This document shows positions 60,156-64,000 of a stretch of 64,000 nt of DNA, piece by piece. The stretch comes from Phyllobates terribilis. Its lineage: Eukaryota. Positions within the stretch are counted from its first letter, which is position 1, and each line of letters begins with the position of its first letter. Position numbers and translations under genes: made by a program. The stretch covers positions 382,540,001 to 382,604,000 of the forward strand of contig NW_027362763.1 in NCBI RefSeq assembly GCF_046119375.1, read 5' to 3'. Below the pieces are notes generated by a model that had not been told where the DNA came from, did not search any database, and saw nothing but the letters and a program-made list of their open reading frames with translations.

Positions 60156-62160
60156 CCCTCGCATGCCGCTGTCACTAGTGTCAGTGGCATGTAAGGAGTT
60201 TGACAAAGGGAGACTTAACTCCCTTTGTTAGCACCTCTGCAGCAAAGTGGTACGAGGGGAGGGCTGATGTGTTGCTATGGCAACCGGAGACCTAACAATG
60301 GCCTTTGTGTCTGCCTTATACGCCAGCCTTTGGCGGGGTCTAGTAATAGTAGGTAATGCACTACAAGTAATGCAGTTCATTATCAGTGCGATCAGAGGAC
60401 CGCATATTCAAGTCTCCTTTTGGGACTAGTATCGGTAAGTATTGAAAACAATAATGTGACAAAATCCCCAAGATTCCAGTCAAAACAAGAAAAAAAAGAA
60501 CACATCCCCCTGCAAAATGACAGTATCTCCTTATTCATAGCCACCTGTTCTATAAAACTATTTATTCTGTACTTTGGCTGCTGGTTAATAAAAAATAATA
60601 ATGAAATTAAGAGTGTTAAAATCTATCGCAAATAAGTAGTGATCAAGTTGTATGTATCCCCAAATTGTTTGACTAAACAGCTTGTTACCGAAAAAAACAA
60701 GCCCTCAAGCAGCTTTGTAAACTGAAAAATGAAAGTTGGGCTTTTAGCATATGACAACCAAAAAAGCTAAGATGTCTTAAGTGATTTTATTTTTTTTTTA
60801 TGCAAAAGTAGTAAAACAGAATTTAATTTTTACCATATTCGTATCGACGCTCAGAATAAAGTTAATCTGTCAGTTGTACTGCACTGTGAACCCCGTGAAA
60901 AGTGAAATAAAAAAACAATCCAGATATATTGTCATTTTGTTTATGCCCACCACCCCAAAGAAATTAGAAAGGGATATGTATTGTGGTTCTGTTGTATTTA
61001 TTCATAATCATTCCTATTGTATACCAATATGATTCTTGTTGTATACCGGTTAACAATTAAATTAAAAAGAATTTAAAAATAAAGAAGTTGTCAAATAACG
61101 TAAATGTACCCAAAAATAGTACTGGCAAAAAAAAACACCCTCCCACATACATCTACAGAAAAATAAAGTTATGGGTATCAAAATATGATGAACCACCCCT
61201 TAAAAAAATAGTTGTTGTTTTTTAAGTAAGTTCTTTTGAAAAAGTTGCATACCTATATACCTTGTGATGATCGTATCAACCGCGGAATAAAATTAACATG
61301 TACGAGTCAGTTATACCTAACAGTGATCAATGTTTAAAATAATAAATATAAACTTTTCCATTTTTTTTTGTTCATTTTTCCCTCACAAATCGTGTAATAA
61401 AAGGTTTCATGTACCAATGAAAACTACATCTTGTTGCACAAAAAATAGTCCTCATGTGGCTCCACAGATGGAAAATATTATAACTTCGAGCTCGTAGAAT
61501 ATGGCGACCCCAAAAAACAAATGATCTTTTTTTTTTTCATGTTGTATTTATTGTACAAAAATAATAAAACATAAATAAAACTATAGAAATTTGACATTGC
61601 CATCCTGACTTGGAGAATAATTATAACACTTAATTTTTGCAGCACGGTGAATTGTGTAAAATTTTAAAATACTAAAGTCCATTTGCTATTTTTATTTTTG
61701 TTCTGTCAGACAAGGCTGCATCCTGTCCCCATTTCTCTTCAGTTTATATGTAGAAACTGTTCATGTATAGGAAGGCTGGATTTGCCAAAAAAGAAGGAAT
61801 CAAAATTGCTGTATGAATTACCAATAATAACCCTTTTACGACCTGTGACATATAGGTACATAATAAATTGTGTCCCGGCATTTGATCAGCTGTTATGTGA
61901 GCAACCCGCTAATGTTAACATGTTAAATGCCTCTGTCAATCACTGACAGTGGCATTTAGCATGATCGTGTCAGAAGCTCGTCACAAACTCCTCCCGTCGG
62001 TGCCCCTGTCACATGTTCATGGGGCGCTGATTGGCATCTGCAGTAGACCCCCATGCTAAGCCCTGCTATGTGTAGCACAAGCAATAAGAAGATCGCAGTT
62101 TCAAGTCTCCTAATAAGACTATTGAAACAAGTAAAACGTAAAAAATTTCAAAAACATTTC

Positions 62161-62195
<35 letters not shown>

Positions 62196-62898
62196 TAAAA
62201 GTTCATATCACCCACCTTTTGTCCCATTCAAAATAAAAGAAATCCAAAATGCACATACATGGCATCGCTACATTCAGAACCTCCCGATCTATCAAAATAT
62301 TAAAAAAATTAATCCAATCTGTGAAAACAGCGCAACAAGACAAAAATTTAAGCGTAAGAATTGCGTTGTTTTGGTCACCGCAACATTGCAATAACAGGCG
62401 CTCAAAAGATCAGGTGTACCCCAAAATGGTATCAATAAAAATGTCAGCTCTGCACACACAAAATAAGCTCTCACTCGGCCCCAGATTCCAAAAAATTGAG
62501 ACGCTACGGGTCTCGGAAAATGGAGTTTTTTTTTTTTTTTTTTTTTTTAAATACAAACTTTGGAATTTTTTTTCACCACTTAAAGAACTTATACATGTTT
62601 GGCATCTGCCTACTCATAATGACCTGGAGAATCATAGTGGCAGATCAGTTTTAGCATTTAGTGAACATGGTAAAAAACAGTTGTGGAATTGCACTTTCTT
62701 TTTGCATTTTTACCACTCTTGAAATTTTTTTCCAGTTTTCCACTACACCATATGGTAAAATCAATGGTGGTGTTCAAAAAGTACAACTCGTCCCGCAAAA
62801 ATGTTTTTTTCAAACTGCCATATTGGCAAAAAAATAAAGTTGTGTCTCTGGGAAGAAGAAGAGCAAAAATCAAAATCGGAAAATCTGTTGTGAAGGGG
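60156..62898. repeat. Degraded AT-rich non-autonomous DNA-element sequence (same families as 34.1-35.2 kb and 42.4-43.8 kb)
   Basis: Shared motifs such as GTACAACTCGTCCCGCAAAAA and GTACCCCAAAATGGT; bounded by TTAACCC and GGGGTTTAA. Confidence 0.55.
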
Positions 62899-62899
62899 T

Positions 62900-63462
62900 T
62901 TAAATATTCAGACAATACAACATTGATAGCAACTCGTGTAGATGGAATGAAGGACTTATTATGGAGTGTCAAGATGGAAACCACGAGCATGGGACTCCTA
63001 CTCAATACAAGGAAGACAAAGATATTGACCACTGCCAGTTATAACTGGAACACATTTGAGATGGACGCCAACAAACTGGAAGTTGTAAAGGACTTCACCC
63101 TTCTCAGATCAATGATCACTCAAGATGCAGCATCGATACCAGAAGTCAATAGGAGAATAGCTATGGGTAATAACCAATGAAGTCACTGTACAAGGTCTTC
63201 AAATCGAGGAACATTTCACTGGAGATGAAGACGCCGCTCGACTTGCCTACTTTGGACCTATCATGCGAAGAGAGCAATCACTGAAGGACATCATGGTCGG
63301 AAGAATAGAAGGAAAAGGTGAAGAGGAAGACCAGCAACCCGATGGCTTGATATTATCAAGATAGCGGTGGAGAAGACTCTGGTGGACCTATCTAGGCTTG
63401 CACAAGATCGATCTTCCTACAGATTGTTCATCGATCAAGTCAATATGGCTCGAGATCGAGCT
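62900..63462 (+). mobile_element. RTE-clade (BovB-like) LINE 3' fragment, internally deleted
   Basis: KYSDNTTLIA...GLLLNTRKTKILTT...LEVVKDF..L.SMIT...EVNRRIAMG, then YFG.IMRR..SL.DIMVGRIEGK..RGRPATRWLDII...LAQDRS. Confidence 0.8.
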
Positions 63463-64000
63463 TAAGGCCTGTATTATTATTTAATATTTGTTCTCATTAA
63501 GGGTTAGTAAAAGTTTGTTCACAAGTTATATGTACCGCAAAATGATGCCACTGACACAACTCATCCTGAAAAATCAAGCCTTCATACGGCACCCCCCCCC
63601 CCCCACACTGCCGTGTAGTTCAACCCCTCCCCCACCACTGATTTCTGTGTACACATTGGAGGCTCACTGCCTATGCAATCTGTGGTGGAGGATGGGTTAT
63701 AGAGCAAATTGGTAGATCTACAGTCAATAAAATATACATCACTGGAATTGGGGTCTCTGCCCCTACATCATGCTGCTTTCAGATGAGGTAGCAACAACCC
63801 GATGACAGATTCCCTTTAAATGCATTACTTGATGTTTATTTTCTTAGGGATTTAGGAAAGTTTACAACTACAAATCTTATAAAGTATTTCATTTTCTGTC
63901 AGTCCAAGGCTCCTCATTAGCATTATTTTTCAGGACACTTCTTATCGTAGCCATTTATGGGCTAGAAGTTTGGTTCCCCATCCCCCTGGCCATGCTCTCC

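Overview
Vertebrate genomic DNA, most likely a frog or toad judging from the TE families (inference). Two host genes lie on the + strand. (1) An intact, intronless 360-aa CEP43/FGFR1OP (FOP)-like gene at 333-1415 looks like a retrogene. It carries a degenerate EF-hand-like insert and has an X-box/CRE/CCAAT promoter. (2) The 5' part of PRIM2 (DNA primase large subunit) has four coding exons (15632-15782, 35733-35836, 35943-36034, 54602-54722) that splice in frame. Its probable CpG/E2F promoter near 11.0-11.35 kb is sandwiched between a 2.7-kb Chi-octamer-rich minisatellite and a 27 x 86-bp tandem array. The rest is mostly TE-derived: a full-length L1 with TSDs that carries two nested hAT elements, an RT-less DIRS1, a Penelope element with a hammerhead ribozyme in its 3' tail, a full-length Tc1 with an open 340-aa DD34E transposase, a fragmented Sola2-like transposase, an RTE fragment, a V-SINE and many MITEs. 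There are two assembly gaps (51693-51841, 54727-54858). The most interesting items are the CEP43 retrogene, the Penelope hammerhead, and an ORF0-like antisense ORF with a splice donor in the L1 5' UTR. All family assignments are by eye from remembered motifs; no database search was run.
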